A DNA stretch of 64,000 nt from Bdellovibrionales bacterium (lineage in GTDB: Bacteria > Bdellovibrionota > Bdellovibrionia > Bdellovibrionales > UBA1609), in the NCBI GenBank assembly GCA_965200025.1, contig OZ241325.1, positions 844,674 to 908,673 of the forward strand. Reading direction: 5' to 3'. Under the pieces are notes generated by a model. That model did no database searches, was not told the origin of the DNA, and was given only the letters and a program-made list of their open reading frames with translations. The first letter of the stretch is position 1. The number at the start of each line of letters is the position of its first letter. This document shows, piece after piece, positions 25,192-34,603 of this stretch. Position numbers and translations under genes: made by a program.

Positions 25192-27633
25192 TTAACTTAA
25201 GGGAGTGTTTAAAGCCTCCTGGGAGGAGGCTGTGGCATCCAAAACTCTGGGAGTGAGAAACAGAAGCAATTCGTTTCTGCTTTCGTCTGAGATTTTTTTT
25301 GTAAAAAACCAGTTGATAATGGGTATGTATTTGAGAAGAGGCAGAGATTCATCCGATTTGGTGACATCACTTTGGTACATACCACCTATGACAATGGTTT
25401 GCCCATTACCCACCAAAACCTTGGTGTTGGCCTCACGGGTGTTGGTGGGCCGGGCCTGAGTGGCATCATGGATAATAGGGCCGGAGAATTGTCTTCGCAT
25501 AGTCACCTGCATAAAGACAGAACCCACCGCCGTAATATTGGGTGTGACATTAAACTCAAACACCACAGGGTTACGGTTGGCCTGTGTGGTGGTACCGGCA
25601 TTGGGGGCTGTAACAGTTGCGATATCAATGCTTTCTGTGGATTGAGTGATCTGAGCCGTTTCTCCATTAAGAACCATAATTCGCGGGGCGGAAATCACCC
25701 GGGCCATTCCCTCATTCTCAGAAATACCCAGTACAGCATCCAGCTGGCCCACAGGGGCAAAACCAATATTGAGGTTGGAGTTTAATGTCCTTCCCCCTGT
25801 AGCCCCACCCTGGCTTCCCCCCTGTTGACTGGCGGGAAAAGCGGTAATATCCCCACCCACACTCAATCCCATGGAATCCTTACCAAAAAGAGGAAAATCA
25901 TTGAGACTCCTTCCCACAAACTCAAGATTTAGCCCAAAGTTTTTTACAAAAGTTTCTCTGGCCTCCACAATTTTGGCCTCAATCATCACCTGCTGGGGGG
26001 ACTTGTCCAGTTTTTCAATCAAAGGGTTTAACCTTTCAATGGCAGAGGCCACATCTGTAACAATTAAAGAGTTGGTCTTTGTGTCCTGACTGACTTTCCC
26101 CCTCCCCTGAGTTAAGAAAGGTCTGATTTGGTTAACAATCTCCCCCACCTTGGCATAAACCACAGGGATAACCTTTACCTCCAAAGGTTCCAGTATTTTT
26201 TTACTCTGAAGCAGCTGCTTCAGTTCATTTTGCCTGGCCTGAAAAGTACTCTTGGTCATAATGCGAAGGACATTGCCCTCCCGCGAGTAGGCCAGGCCCT
26301 TGGTTTTCAACACAGTGACCAAAGCCTGATCCCAGGGAACATTTCTGAGTTTAAGATTTAAGCTTCCCTGTACATTGTCATCCACCACCAGGTTCAGTCC
26401 GGTTTGCTCAGAAATATAATACAGTATTTCCTTGAGATCCATATTCTTAAAATGAAGACTGATGGACCGGCCTGTAAATTTGTATTTGTTCATCAAAAAA
26501 TCCTCATAAGTGGTACTCTGGGGACCAACAAACATGTTTCCCTGTACCCCTCCCCCCGGCTCTGGTTCTGTGTCGTCAGAAAACACATCCCCTTCATCTG
26601 CCAAAAGCAGGTCTTTTTGCCGGGACTTTGGAGAAGTAAAAACCACAAGCCCTCCCCCGGCTTCAGAACTCACAGAGGGCCAGCTCCCCTCCTCTCTCAT
26701 CTGTATAACAACTCTTACTGTTGTGGGGTCTTTTTGATCCGCTTTTAAAAAAGCCATGCGGGTGTTAAACTCCTTCATAACAAAAGGCCATTTTAAACTT
26801 TTGGACAATACCGCATTGGACATTTCTATAATGAATTGTTTTTGTTCTTCGTTTTTTCGAACCTGATACAAAATCTCATCACTTCCTGCGATATGGATTT
26901 TGTCTTCACCGGCCACATAACGAATACTGTTAATGCTCACCTGTGGGCTTTCCTGCAAAACATCCCCCCCTGTGGCCTGAGCCAGGGCAGCATCCACCTC
27001 ATCATCCTCTTCTTCAGGAGACTCTGTTGCCTCTTCACCGGCAACACTGCCTTCTGCCTGTGCAGAGGAAAGCTCCTGGGCAGGAAGCTCACCGGCCTCC
27101 CCTTCTGTTTCCCCCGCCACAGAGGCCACTTCTTTTTGCACACCCTCCTCCTGCCGCACTGCCTCTTCCTCTTCCAGCTCGGCTATCTCCTCCTCTTCAT
27201 CTATAAAGACCTCCTCTGCTGCTTCCCCCTCTTCAGGGTCAAGCTCTGCCAGGGCTGAATCCCCCCCTTCCCCGGCTTCTGCCTGCTGCTCCCCGGGAAC
27301 TGAACCTTCCTGTGTGTTATCAGGAGAGGGAGAAACAGAAGCTTCCTCAAAACTTTCCCCCCTACCTTCTGCATCCTCCAAAAAATCTCTTTCAAAATCC
27401 TCAGAATCCACAAATTCATTTTCCAAATCCGTGCTTTCACCCTCTTCCTCCTCCTGTCTTTCCGCACCAATCACATCGCCCGCATCATCGGCCTCCTCAG
27501 GGAAAGACTCCTCCCCATCCATAAAACTCTCCTCCCCCTCATCTGCATAAAAAGCCTCCTGCCCCGTCTGACAGGACACAAAAAACACAAAACACAAAAA
27601 AACCTGAAAGCCTTTTTTTATACTGTCCTTCAT
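25192..27633 (-). CDS. pilQ: type IV pilus secretin PilQ with acidic low-complexity N-terminal region
   Basis: C-terminal secretin domain (VLVGNGQTIVIGG, LFLTPRV). Start moved to ATG 27633 (GGAGGG RBS, lipobox FFVSC). Confidence 0.85.
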   Translation of the reverse strand: MKDSIKKGFQVFLCFVFFVSCQTGQEAFYADEGEESFMDGEESFPEEADDAGDVIGAERQEEEEGESTDLENEFVDSEDFERDFLEDAEGRGESFEEASVSPSPDNTQEGSVPGEQQAEAGEGGDSALAELDPEEGEAAEEVFIDEEEEIAELEEEEAVRQEEGVQKEVASVAGETEGEAGELPAQELSSAQAEGSVAGEEATESPEEEDDEVDAALAQATGGDVLQESPQVSINSIRYVAGEDKIHIAGSDEILYQVRKNEEQKQFIIEMSNAVLSKSLKWPFVMKEFNTRMAFLKADQKDPTTVRVVIQMREEGSWPSVSSEAGGGLVVFTSPKSRQKDLLLADEGDVFSDDTEPEPGGGVQGNMFVGPQSTTYEDFLMNKYKFTGRSISLHFKNMDLKEILYYISEQTGLNLVVDDNVQGSLNLKLRNVPWDQALVTVLKTKGLAYSREGNVLRIMTKSTFQARQNELKQLLQSKKILEPLEVKVIPVVYAKVGEIVNQIRPFLTQGRGKVSQDTKTNSLIVTDVASAIERLNPLIEKLDKSPQQVMIEAKIVEARETFVKNFGLNLEFVGRSLNDFPLFGKDSMGLSVGGDITAFPASQQGGSQGGATGGRTLNSNLNIGFAPVGQLDAVLGISENEGMARVISAPRIMVLNGETAQITQSTESIDIATVTAPNAGTTTQANRNPVVFEFNVTPNITAVGSVFMQVTMRRQFSGPIIHDATQARPTNTREANTKVLVGNGQTIVIGGMYQSDVTKSDESLPLLKYIPIINWFFTKKISDESRNELLLFLTPRVLDATASSQEALNTPLS

Positions 27634-27831
27634 GGTGAAAAACCCTCCGATGAAATATCCTGTGCCGAACTTCAAATTTTTAAAACCACTAAACCTGCTT
27701 CACTTCCCTTTTTAAATTGTATGATACTTTTTAAAAAAAACACCAATTTATTCTGTAACAAGCTGCGGCTTAAAATGTAACACACTCCGTTAAATACAAA
27801 ATTTTTCTTAACAAATATGTTACGCAATACA

Positions 27832-28818
27832 TTATCTTATCTGGTTTAATCTGTTCAGAGTTACAATAACAGGAACATAAGCCTGTTCCTGTCCTATACG
27901 CTCTTCCAAAATAACCACTTCGTCTTCCCTAATCTGGTAAATAATGCCTTTGTTTTTTCCGATACGATCATTTTTTTGCAACTCATGAATGGTATTGGAG
28001 GGATCTTTAAAAAAAGCTTTTGAAGATCCAAAGCCTGTACCCCAGGTGATTCCCACCAGGTGCATGTCTTTCAGCTCGTACATTTCAGAGGGGGTGGGAA
28101 TGTAAGGGGCTTCCTCCTCCACTGGACTTTCCACGGGAGGTAAAACCTGTTCCACCTGAGTCCTGTGGGATGGAGTGGTGGGGGGGGGTGGCTGCTCACT
28201 GAGAGGGGGTACAAAGGGGTTTCGCTTCTGTGTGGGATCATAACGGTACTCACTGAGAATCTGTTGAATGTAAGCCACCCGGCTTCGGAAATTACTTCTT
28301 ATCCCTTCTGGTGTGTCATCACTGAAATTGTTCTCCCCGTCCTCTTCTGTCACCATTTGATTTTCCTCTTCCGGCATGGGTTCTCTTTCCTGTTTTGGGG
28401 CAGAAGTTTCCCCCTCTGCCTCCGGTAAGTCAGAAAGAATGTCCCCGGTGGGGGAGTGCAAAGAAGCGGGCTGCCTTTCCCCCTGCTCCGGAAAATGAAC
28501 TTCCGGCAGAGTGGGAAAAGCCTCCGGCAAAGAAAGATCCCCTTCCCCGGAAGGCAAATCAGAACCCCCCACAGGGCCTGCCGGTTGTGAAGCCCCTTCA
28601 GGAAGATCTGGTAAGGCAGGGCCTGAAACCTCTTCCCCCCTCCGGACCCCGCTTTCAACAGAGACCTCCTCTTTTTTTGGAACTGTGCTTTCCTCTGCAG
28701 GAAAAGGCTGGCCCCCCTCCTGTGCATGCAGTTCAAAATGCACAAACAACCAGGTGGAAAAAGCCAAAGCCCCCATCCCCACACTCACATATAAAACACT
28801 GTAAAAAAGTGGCTTCAT
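27832..28818 (-). CDS. pilP: PilP-like pilus assembly protein with long Pro/Glu-rich linker
   Basis: Position in the pilMNOPQ order. The C-terminal beta domain (LVGITWG...IGKNKGIIYQIREDEVVILE) resembles PilP. Confidence 0.6.
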   Translation of the reverse strand: MKPLFYSVLYVSVGMGALAFSTWLFVHFELHAQEGGQPFPAEESTVPKKEEVSVESGVRRGEEVSGPALPDLPEGASQPAGPVGGSDLPSGEGDLSLPEAFPTLPEVHFPEQGERQPASLHSPTGDILSDLPEAEGETSAPKQEREPMPEEENQMVTEEDGENNFSDDTPEGIRSNFRSRVAYIQQILSEYRYDPTQKRNPFVPPLSEQPPPPTTPSHRTQVEQVLPPVESPVEEEAPYIPTPSEMYELKDMHLVGITWGTGFGSSKAFFKDPSNTIHELQKNDRIGKNKGIIYQIREDEVVILEERIGQEQAYVPVIVTLNRLNQIR

Positions 28819-28846
28819 TGCTCTATCCTTTTTTTAACCTTTCTCT

Positions 28847-29446
28847 TTAAGGTGTGTTTGGTTTTTCCGCTGTGGCATGCACATAACGATAACCAAAAAC
28901 ATCCATTTTCATCTCCACTTCACCGGTGGAGGAACCCTGACCCCTCCCACTGGTGTGATCCATGGTAAAACTTTCCACAGTTACAATCTCAGGCAGGCCT
29001 GTCAGCTTGGATAAAAACATTAAAATCTGGCCATAAAAACCCTTTATAATAATATCCACTTTAAATTTTTCGTAAAAATCCTTTTTCTCCAAAACCTTTG
29101 TGTTTTGAACAGTTTGAAGGTGTACCCCTGTAATTTTTGAAATACTGGTCAGATAATCCAAAATCACAGAAGAGTTCATTTTGTCAGGTATCAGTGCCAA
29201 AAACTGGTTAAACTCATCACCCATTTCATTTATGGCGTTGTCTGTCTCCTGTAAAGTGACAAGCCGCAACTCCAGCTCTTTAACCTCTGATTGTGTTTTG
29301 GTGTTTGTCGCTTTTATATTATCTATTTCTTTTTGAATGGAAGATCCATTGTCATACTGAAAAAGCCAGTAAAAGCCTGTAAATCCGGAACTTAGCAGTA
29401 TCATCATAACCAAAGGCCACTGTGAAAATATTTTTAACCACATCAT
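28847..29446 (-). CDS. pilO: type IV pilus assembly protein PilO
   Basis: Single N-terminal TM segment, coiled coil, gene order. Confidence 0.65.
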   Translation of the reverse strand: MMWLKIFSQWPLVMMILLSSGFTGFYWLFQYDNGSSIQKEIDNIKATNTKTQSEVKELELRLVTLQETDNAINEMGDEFNQFLALIPDKMNSSVILDYLTSISKITGVHLQTVQNTKVLEKKDFYEKFKVDIIIKGFYGQILMFLSKLTGLPEIVTVESFTMDHTSGRGQGSSTGEVEMKMDVFGYRYVHATAEKPNTP

Positions 29447-29458
29447 TTTTCTTCCCCC

Positions 29459-30088
29459 TTATTTTATCTTTAAAACACTCTCAATAGAAAACTTTTTGTT
29501 GCTCTGTATTCTTTTTTGCCCGGTGGTGACATCATTGGATCGACTGAGAACCACCGTGCTAAAAACAGGAGAGCCCTCCAAATTCTTTATAAAAGACTGT
29601 ATTTCCGTATTATTTAACGCTATTCCATCGATGGTGAATTTACCGTCCCGAAAACTGACTTTCTCCAGCCAGACCTTCTCAGGCAAAACATCCTGAATTT
29701 GATCCAGCCCATTAATGGCAAGAGATCTCACTTTGGCCAAATCCTGCATAATGGTAATCCTCTTCATAAACTCCTCTGACTTGCCAGCCACATAATTAAA
29801 GCCCTTTATCTCTTTTTCTATTTCTGATTTTTTTGACTTTAAACTTTCCCCCTCTGTTTGAACCTGCCGCCTTTTGATTTGAAGCTCTTTTATCTGTTTG
29901 TCCTCCCAAAACATCAATGCCAAAATACCCGACACACAAATCACCAAACGAAGCAAAATGGCCACAATATCTTTTGTGTCCAGGGAAACCTGCCACTCCC
30001 CCACACTTTCCTCTGTGGATATGTCGTCCACAAAAGTGTCTGAGTCGTATTGATCTTTACCGGTTTTTCTTATATCAAAATCACTCAT
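29459..30088 (-). CDS. pilN: type IV pilus assembly protein PilN
   Basis: Single TM segment, coiled coil, Fimbrial_assembly-like C-terminus, gene order. Confidence 0.65.
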   Translation of the reverse strand: MSDFDIRKTGKDQYDSDTFVDDISTEESVGEWQVSLDTKDIVAILLRLVICVSGILALMFWEDKQIKELQIKRRQVQTEGESLKSKKSEIEKEIKGFNYVAGKSEEFMKRITIMQDLAKVRSLAINGLDQIQDVLPEKVWLEKVSFRDGKFTIDGIALNNTEIQSFIKNLEGSPVFSTVVLSRSNDVTTGQKRIQSNKKFSIESVLKIK

Positions 30089-30127
30089 AAAACACTCCTT
30101 GTTTCCGGGGCCTCTTTGGCCCCTGCC

Positions 30128-31165
30128 CTACCTCAAACACATTCCCACCACCGGGGGGAGAAGGTATTTTACAAAATCCCCTGGAGAGGATCCCTCTTTT
30201 TTGAGTTTTTGAAAAGGATCCAAGACCTCTGTGGGAAGCTGAAGGGATGAGCTGATTTCCTCCACCAGATTTTTCACCTGACTTCCCCCACCTGTGACAT
30301 AACATTTATGAATTTTTTGCCCGGGAAACTGGTTATAAAAATACTCAAAACCCACTGCCAAATCATCACAAAAATACTTCACATGCTCCCCCAGAATTTT
30401 ATGCACCTCCTCAGGTGTGCCTTTTTCATCACAAAAACCACTCACTTTTAAAGCTTCCGCCTCTTTTTCATCCACACCCATCTCCTTCATCAGGGCGGTA
30501 CTAAAAAAATCCCCCCCCCCGGCAAGAATCCGGGAAAACACAAGCTCCCCACTGTTAAAAACACAAAACTCAGTGGCACTTTTACCAATATCCAGAACCA
30601 AAATGTTTTTTCCCGCAGGCGGGGATAAAAACTTCATACAGTAAGAAAGGGCAAAACCCCCTATATCAATACACTCACATTTAAAGCCAGAGGTTTTAAT
30701 CAGCTGCTCGTAGTTGAATATCATGTTTTTTCTGGCTGCCACCAGCAAAACATTCACTTTGCTTTTATCCACAGTGGGAAGGCTGTTTATCACCTGATAA
30801 CTGTAATTGACTTCGTCCAGGTCAAAAGGGATGGTCTCTTTGGCCTCCATATACACCAGCTCGTCCATCAGCTTTTTTTCTGACTGGGGGATTTCCACCT
30901 TTTTTATAATGGTGGCCTTGCCACTGACACAAAGACGTATTTTACGCACCGGGCCTTTTGTGTGTTTTTCAACAAATCGCCTTAAAGGCAGCTGCATACG
31001 GGATATGTTGAAAAGCTGCTCCTCCCTGCACTCGTCCGGAATGGGGAGAAAAGCAAAATTCTTCAACACAGGGGTTTTGCGTTCAAATACCAGCTCTGCC
31101 CACTTGATACAGTGATCCCCTATATCCATGGCAAACACCTTCCTTGGTCCAAACAAAGACAACAC
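30128..31165 (-). CDS. pilM: type IV pilus assembly ATPase-fold protein PilM
   Basis: Actin/HSP70-like fold motifs (DIGxxxIK, LVLDIGKSATEF, VTGGGSQV). Contains a G10 coding-strand tract at 30511-30520. Confidence 0.85.
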   Translation of the reverse strand: MLSLFGPRKVFAMDIGDHCIKWAELVFERKTPVLKNFAFLPIPDECREEQLFNISRMQLPLRRFVEKHTKGPVRKIRLCVSGKATIIKKVEIPQSEKKLMDELVYMEAKETIPFDLDEVNYSYQVINSLPTVDKSKVNVLLVAARKNMIFNYEQLIKTSGFKCECIDIGGFALSYCMKFLSPPAGKNILVLDIGKSATEFCVFNSGELVFSRILAGGGDFFSTALMKEMGVDEKEAEALKVSGFCDEKGTPEEVHKILGEHVKYFCDDLAVGFEYFYNQFPGQKIHKCYVTGGGSQVKNLVEEISSSLQLPTEVLDPFQKLKKEGSSPGDFVKYLLPPVVGMCLR

Positions 31166-31332
31166 TTTGTTATTACTCCTTCCTTAGAGTGATTTTTATC
31201 TCCCTGTCTTCAGCAGACACCAAAGCAGGAGGGAGGCAAATAATTTACAAATCCGGCCTAACCTTTTAAATTAAACCCAAAGTCTGGGAAAAAGTCAAAT
31301 ATTGCCCTGTATCATCTTTATTTCAGTGTTTT

Positions 31333-32079
31333 TTAAAAATTGGGCAGAAAAAACTCAAGATACCTCTCCCCCAGCCACTGGCCAAAGAACAGGTATATTA
31401 CAGCAGACAGGGACAAAAAAGGGCCAAAAGGGAGAGCCTGCCTCCTGTTTATTTTTCGATGGAACAAAGAACAGCCCATGGCCGCCAACAGGCCCGTAAA
31501 ACAGGAACACAAAATAACAAAAGGTATAGCACGCCATGTTAAAACCGCCCCCAGCCATGCCATAAGCTTAATGTCCCCGCCCCCCATGCCTTCCTCTTTA
31601 CGAACAGCATAATAAACAAGGGCGGTAAGCCACAAAAAGCCCCCTCCCAAAAGCACACCAGACAAAGCGGGTAAAAAACTGCGGTCGGGATTAAGAAAAG
31701 CCCCTAAAAGCCCTATTAAAATTCCAGACAGGGTAAAAGCATCGGGAAGCACCATATACCTTATATCCACTGCACTCACCACCACCAGACCAAAAATCAG
31801 AAGGGCGTATTCCATAAAATTAAAAAGCCCCCCTTCTGTGTGCCACCACAGACAAAGAAAAAGCAAAGGCATAAGAACCTCTATAACCAAACTCACCCTT
31901 TTTTCATTTGCCAAAGAACCCGGAAGGGAGATCCATGAGTGCTTTTCCTGTGTTTTAAGAAAAAAACTCCAAAAATCAGGCTTTAACACCCCACTTTCCG
32001 GAATAAAAAGATAAAGGCAGGCTGCCACCCTTCCCAAAAAAACACCAATAAGCAGGACAACCAATAAATCCATAAGCAA
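31333..32079 (-). CDS. pilD: prepilin peptidase (A24 family)
   Basis: Polytopic membrane protein with MGGGDIKLMAWLG. Confidence 0.8.
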   Translation of the reverse strand: MLMDLLVVLLIGVFLGRVAACLYLFIPESGVLKPDFWSFFLKTQEKHSWISLPGSLANEKRVSLVIEVLMPLLFLCLWWHTEGGLFNFMEYALLIFGLVVVSAVDIRYMVLPDAFTLSGILIGLLGAFLNPDRSFLPALSGVLLGGGFLWLTALVYYAVRKEEGMGGGDIKLMAWLGAVLTWRAIPFVILCSCFTGLLAAMGCSLFHRKINRRQALPFGPFLSLSAVIYLFFGQWLGERYLEFFLPNF

Positions 32080-32110
32080 AATCCTTAAAAGTTTTTTGTT
32101 TAACCCTTAA

Positions 32111-32884
32111 TTATTCATTTAATTTGTGCCTTTTAAAAAGTATATAACTGAGTGCCAAAAACAAAACCACCCATAAAAGAGCATATACAGAAGAAGATCC
32201 CCATTGTTGAAAAGTCACCGGTTCCTGATACACCACAAAATTTTTAAAATTCAGTCTTTCCAAATCAGGTACCATATAAGACACAAAATAAAGCAGGGTG
32301 TAAAGCCCCGCAGGAGAGCTTAAATTGTCCCATAAAGACAGAGCGGAATGCAGACTGTGTCCTGTCACAAACAACAATGTGGAGCAAATAAAAACGAAAA
32401 AAGAGGAGGCAAAAGTACTGAAAACAAAACAAAGAGCTATAAGAACCAGAGCTTCCAGAAACATACCCCACAGGGCCAATGCCACCACCATGGTTAAAGG
32501 ACGCTCATAAAACCAATAAACAAACACCACAGCCAAAGAAAGAACCACAAGCCCTGCCAGCACCCACCCGCTGAGACCCGCAAACTTTCCCATTAAAAAC
32601 TCCCACTTTCCCACAGGTCTTGCAAACAAAGTGAGAAGGGTTTGTTTTTCTCTTTCCCCCGCCATCACCTGAGTGGAAAAATAAATGGCAAAAAGTACCA
32701 GGACAATATGACACACCGCCAATGAGAAGTTAACACTCAGACGTTCCTGCTCTGTCACACTGAGAAAACCCAGTAAAAAGCCCCCTCCTGTCATAAAAAC
32801 CAAAATAAGGGCCAGAGTGCAAAACATGGAGTGCCTTTGAATCTCCCTGACTGTGTTTAAAGCAATGTAAAATGTGTTGTTCAT
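32111..32884 (-). CDS. ABC-2 type transporter permease
   Basis: Six predicted TM segments. Overlaps the upstream ATPase gene by 4 nt. Confidence 0.6.
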   Translation of the reverse strand: MNNTFYIALNTVREIQRHSMFCTLALILVFMTGGGFLLGFLSVTEQERLSVNFSLAVCHIVLVLFAIYFSTQVMAGEREKQTLLTLFARPVGKWEFLMGKFAGLSGWVLAGLVVLSLAVVFVYWFYERPLTMVVALALWGMFLEALVLIALCFVFSTFASSFFVFICSTLLFVTGHSLHSALSLWDNLSSPAGLYTLLYFVSYMVPDLERLNFKNFVVYQEPVTFQQWGSSSVYALLWVVLFLALSYILFKRHKLNE

Positions 32885-33765
32885 AAAGATCCTGATTTTG
32901 TTATCTGTTGAAACACTTTTTGAAGGCTTTGCTCTTCACTCTGAATTTGTATCACTTCAAAGCCCTCTTTTCTGATATGGTCCAGCTTGTTTTGGCACTC
33001 TTTTAAAGTCTCTGAGAGTGTGCTGTGTTTTTTACCCTGTTTTAAATAAGTGATTTTTCTTTTGCCCCCCACTCCGGCCTTTAAAAGAGAGGTCAGCTTT
33101 CCCTCAAAAAAAATTTTGCCCTCTTTCAGTAAAACCACCCGGTGGCAAATTTCCTCCACATCATAAAGCTGGTGGGAGCTGAAAAAAACACAAAGCCCCT
33201 CATTTTTCACCAAAGTCTGAAGCATCTCTTTGACATCAAAGCGGGCCTTGGGGTCCAGGCCGTTTAAAGGTTCATCCAAAATCAAAAGCCCTGGTCGGTG
33301 AAGAAGAGCCTGTGCCAGGCCCATTTTTTGCAACATACCCCGTGAGTAGGTTTTTAATCTTTGATCTTTTGCCCCGTACAAATCCAGTTTTTTAAGTAAA
33401 AAAGAAATTCTGTCTTTAAAATCCCCTTTTTTTAACAAGGGGGACAGACGGGCGTAAAACTGAAGCAGCTCCCAGCCTGTGAGAAAATCATAAAAACAGG
33501 GCTGCTCTGGCAAAAAACCTGTGCGTTTTAAAACTTCAGGCCCGGGACTTTGTTTATCAAAAAAAAAAATATCCCCTTTGTCAGGAAGGATAAAGCTTAA
33601 AACACATTTTAAGGTTGTGGTTTTTCCCGATCCATTCAGTCCCAAAAAACCCGTCATGGAAGCTTCGGGAAGGGAAAAATTCAGCCCTTTTAAAACCTCC
33701 CTTTCCGCACCAAAAAAACCGGAAGATCGAAAACTCTTTCTTAAATTGTTTACTTTTAAAACCAA
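32881..33765 (-). CDS. ABC transporter ATP-binding protein
   Basis: GLNGSGKTT Walker A, YSRGMLQK signature, LLILDEP Walker B. Confidence 0.9.
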   Translation of the reverse strand: MVLKVNNLRKSFRSSGFFGAEREVLKGLNFSLPEASMTGFLGLNGSGKTTTLKCVLSFILPDKGDIFFFDKQSPGPEVLKRTGFLPEQPCFYDFLTGWELLQFYARLSPLLKKGDFKDRISFLLKKLDLYGAKDQRLKTYSRGMLQKMGLAQALLHRPGLLILDEPLNGLDPKARFDVKEMLQTLVKNEGLCVFFSSHQLYDVEEICHRVVLLKEGKIFFEGKLTSLLKAGVGGKRKITYLKQGKKHSTLSETLKECQNKLDHIRKEGFEVIQIQSEEQSLQKVFQQITKSGSL

Positions 33766-33852
33766 GTTTTTACCACCACCTTTTTCTATGTTTTAAATTT
33801 GATTGCTTAAAAATGAATGGCGTTTTAAAACCGCCGGGTTTTCAGGGATGGT

Positions 33853-34560
33853 TTAAGTTTTTAAGGCTCTTAGGGCCTGGTGAGTGCTCATCCCGGGGCG
33901 TACCCTTCTGTCATAAAGAATTTGTATCACCTCTTTATCCAGAAGGGAATACTGAACGGGCATAAACTCCGGGTCCTGTTGAAAAATACTGTCTTTATAG
34001 GTATAGGAGTCTTTTCTTAAGCCCATACACTGGGTCAGTTCCTCCCTTAAGATATGAAGCCTGTGCCGGCCCTGAATATCCCTTCGAATCAGTATGGTGG
34101 CAGACTGCACCTCATGGGTTTGCTTGTCGTACTTTAACTCAAACAGGCCATCCTGGGGGTTGGAAGGCTTGTACTGGGGAACAAGAGAACGAAACCGATC
34201 CTGATCCAAAAAATGAATTTTAATATTGGGATTTTTGCTGTCCCATTCAAAAGAAAGACCGGTCAGATGGGAAAGCTCCTGCATAATGTTTTCCACCTCT
34301 GCCCGGTCTTCCGGGGTGAAAGCCCCGTAAATCCCCAAACGAATGCCTTGTGTCCACTTTTTGATCCCGGAAGTGGAGGTCCGGGTGGCAAACTCCTCCT
34401 CCTCCTCAAAACCAATCTCCTGAAAATACTCCACCGCCTGTTCAGAATAAACCCCATATATACTCCGCGGCTGAAAAACCCTCTCATTCAAAAGGGGGGG
34501 GGAGCAGGAAACAAAAATCAGAGCAAAAAAAACAAAGCAGAAAAAGGACATAAGCCACAC
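33853..34560 (-). CDS. lipoprotein, DUF2927-like (putative metallopeptidase-like)
   Basis: Lipobox FVSC. REELTQCMGLRKDS resembles the conserved EExxQxxGLxxD of DUF2927. A C9 coding-strand tract starts directly after the lipobox Cys. Confidence 0.45.
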   Translation of the reverse strand: MWLMSFFCFVFFALIFVSCSPPLLNERVFQPRSIYGVYSEQAVEYFQEIGFEEEEEFATRTSTSGIKKWTQGIRLGIYGAFTPEDRAEVENIMQELSHLTGLSFEWDSKNPNIKIHFLDQDRFRSLVPQYKPSNPQDGLFELKYDKQTHEVQSATILIRRDIQGRHRLHILREELTQCMGLRKDSYTYKDSIFQQDPEFMPVQYSLLDKEVIQILYDRRVRPGMSTHQALRALKT

Positions 34561-34603
34561 TGTAAATCAAAGAAAAGAAAAAATAAAATAATGCTGCTTA
34601 TAG

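Noticed and set aside
26836-27550. Cluster of overlapping ORFs on both strands inside the pilQ 5' region
   Set aside because: They arise from the GA/CT-rich sequence that encodes the acidic Glu/Asp/Ala low-complexity linker of PilQ, so they are compositional artefacts.
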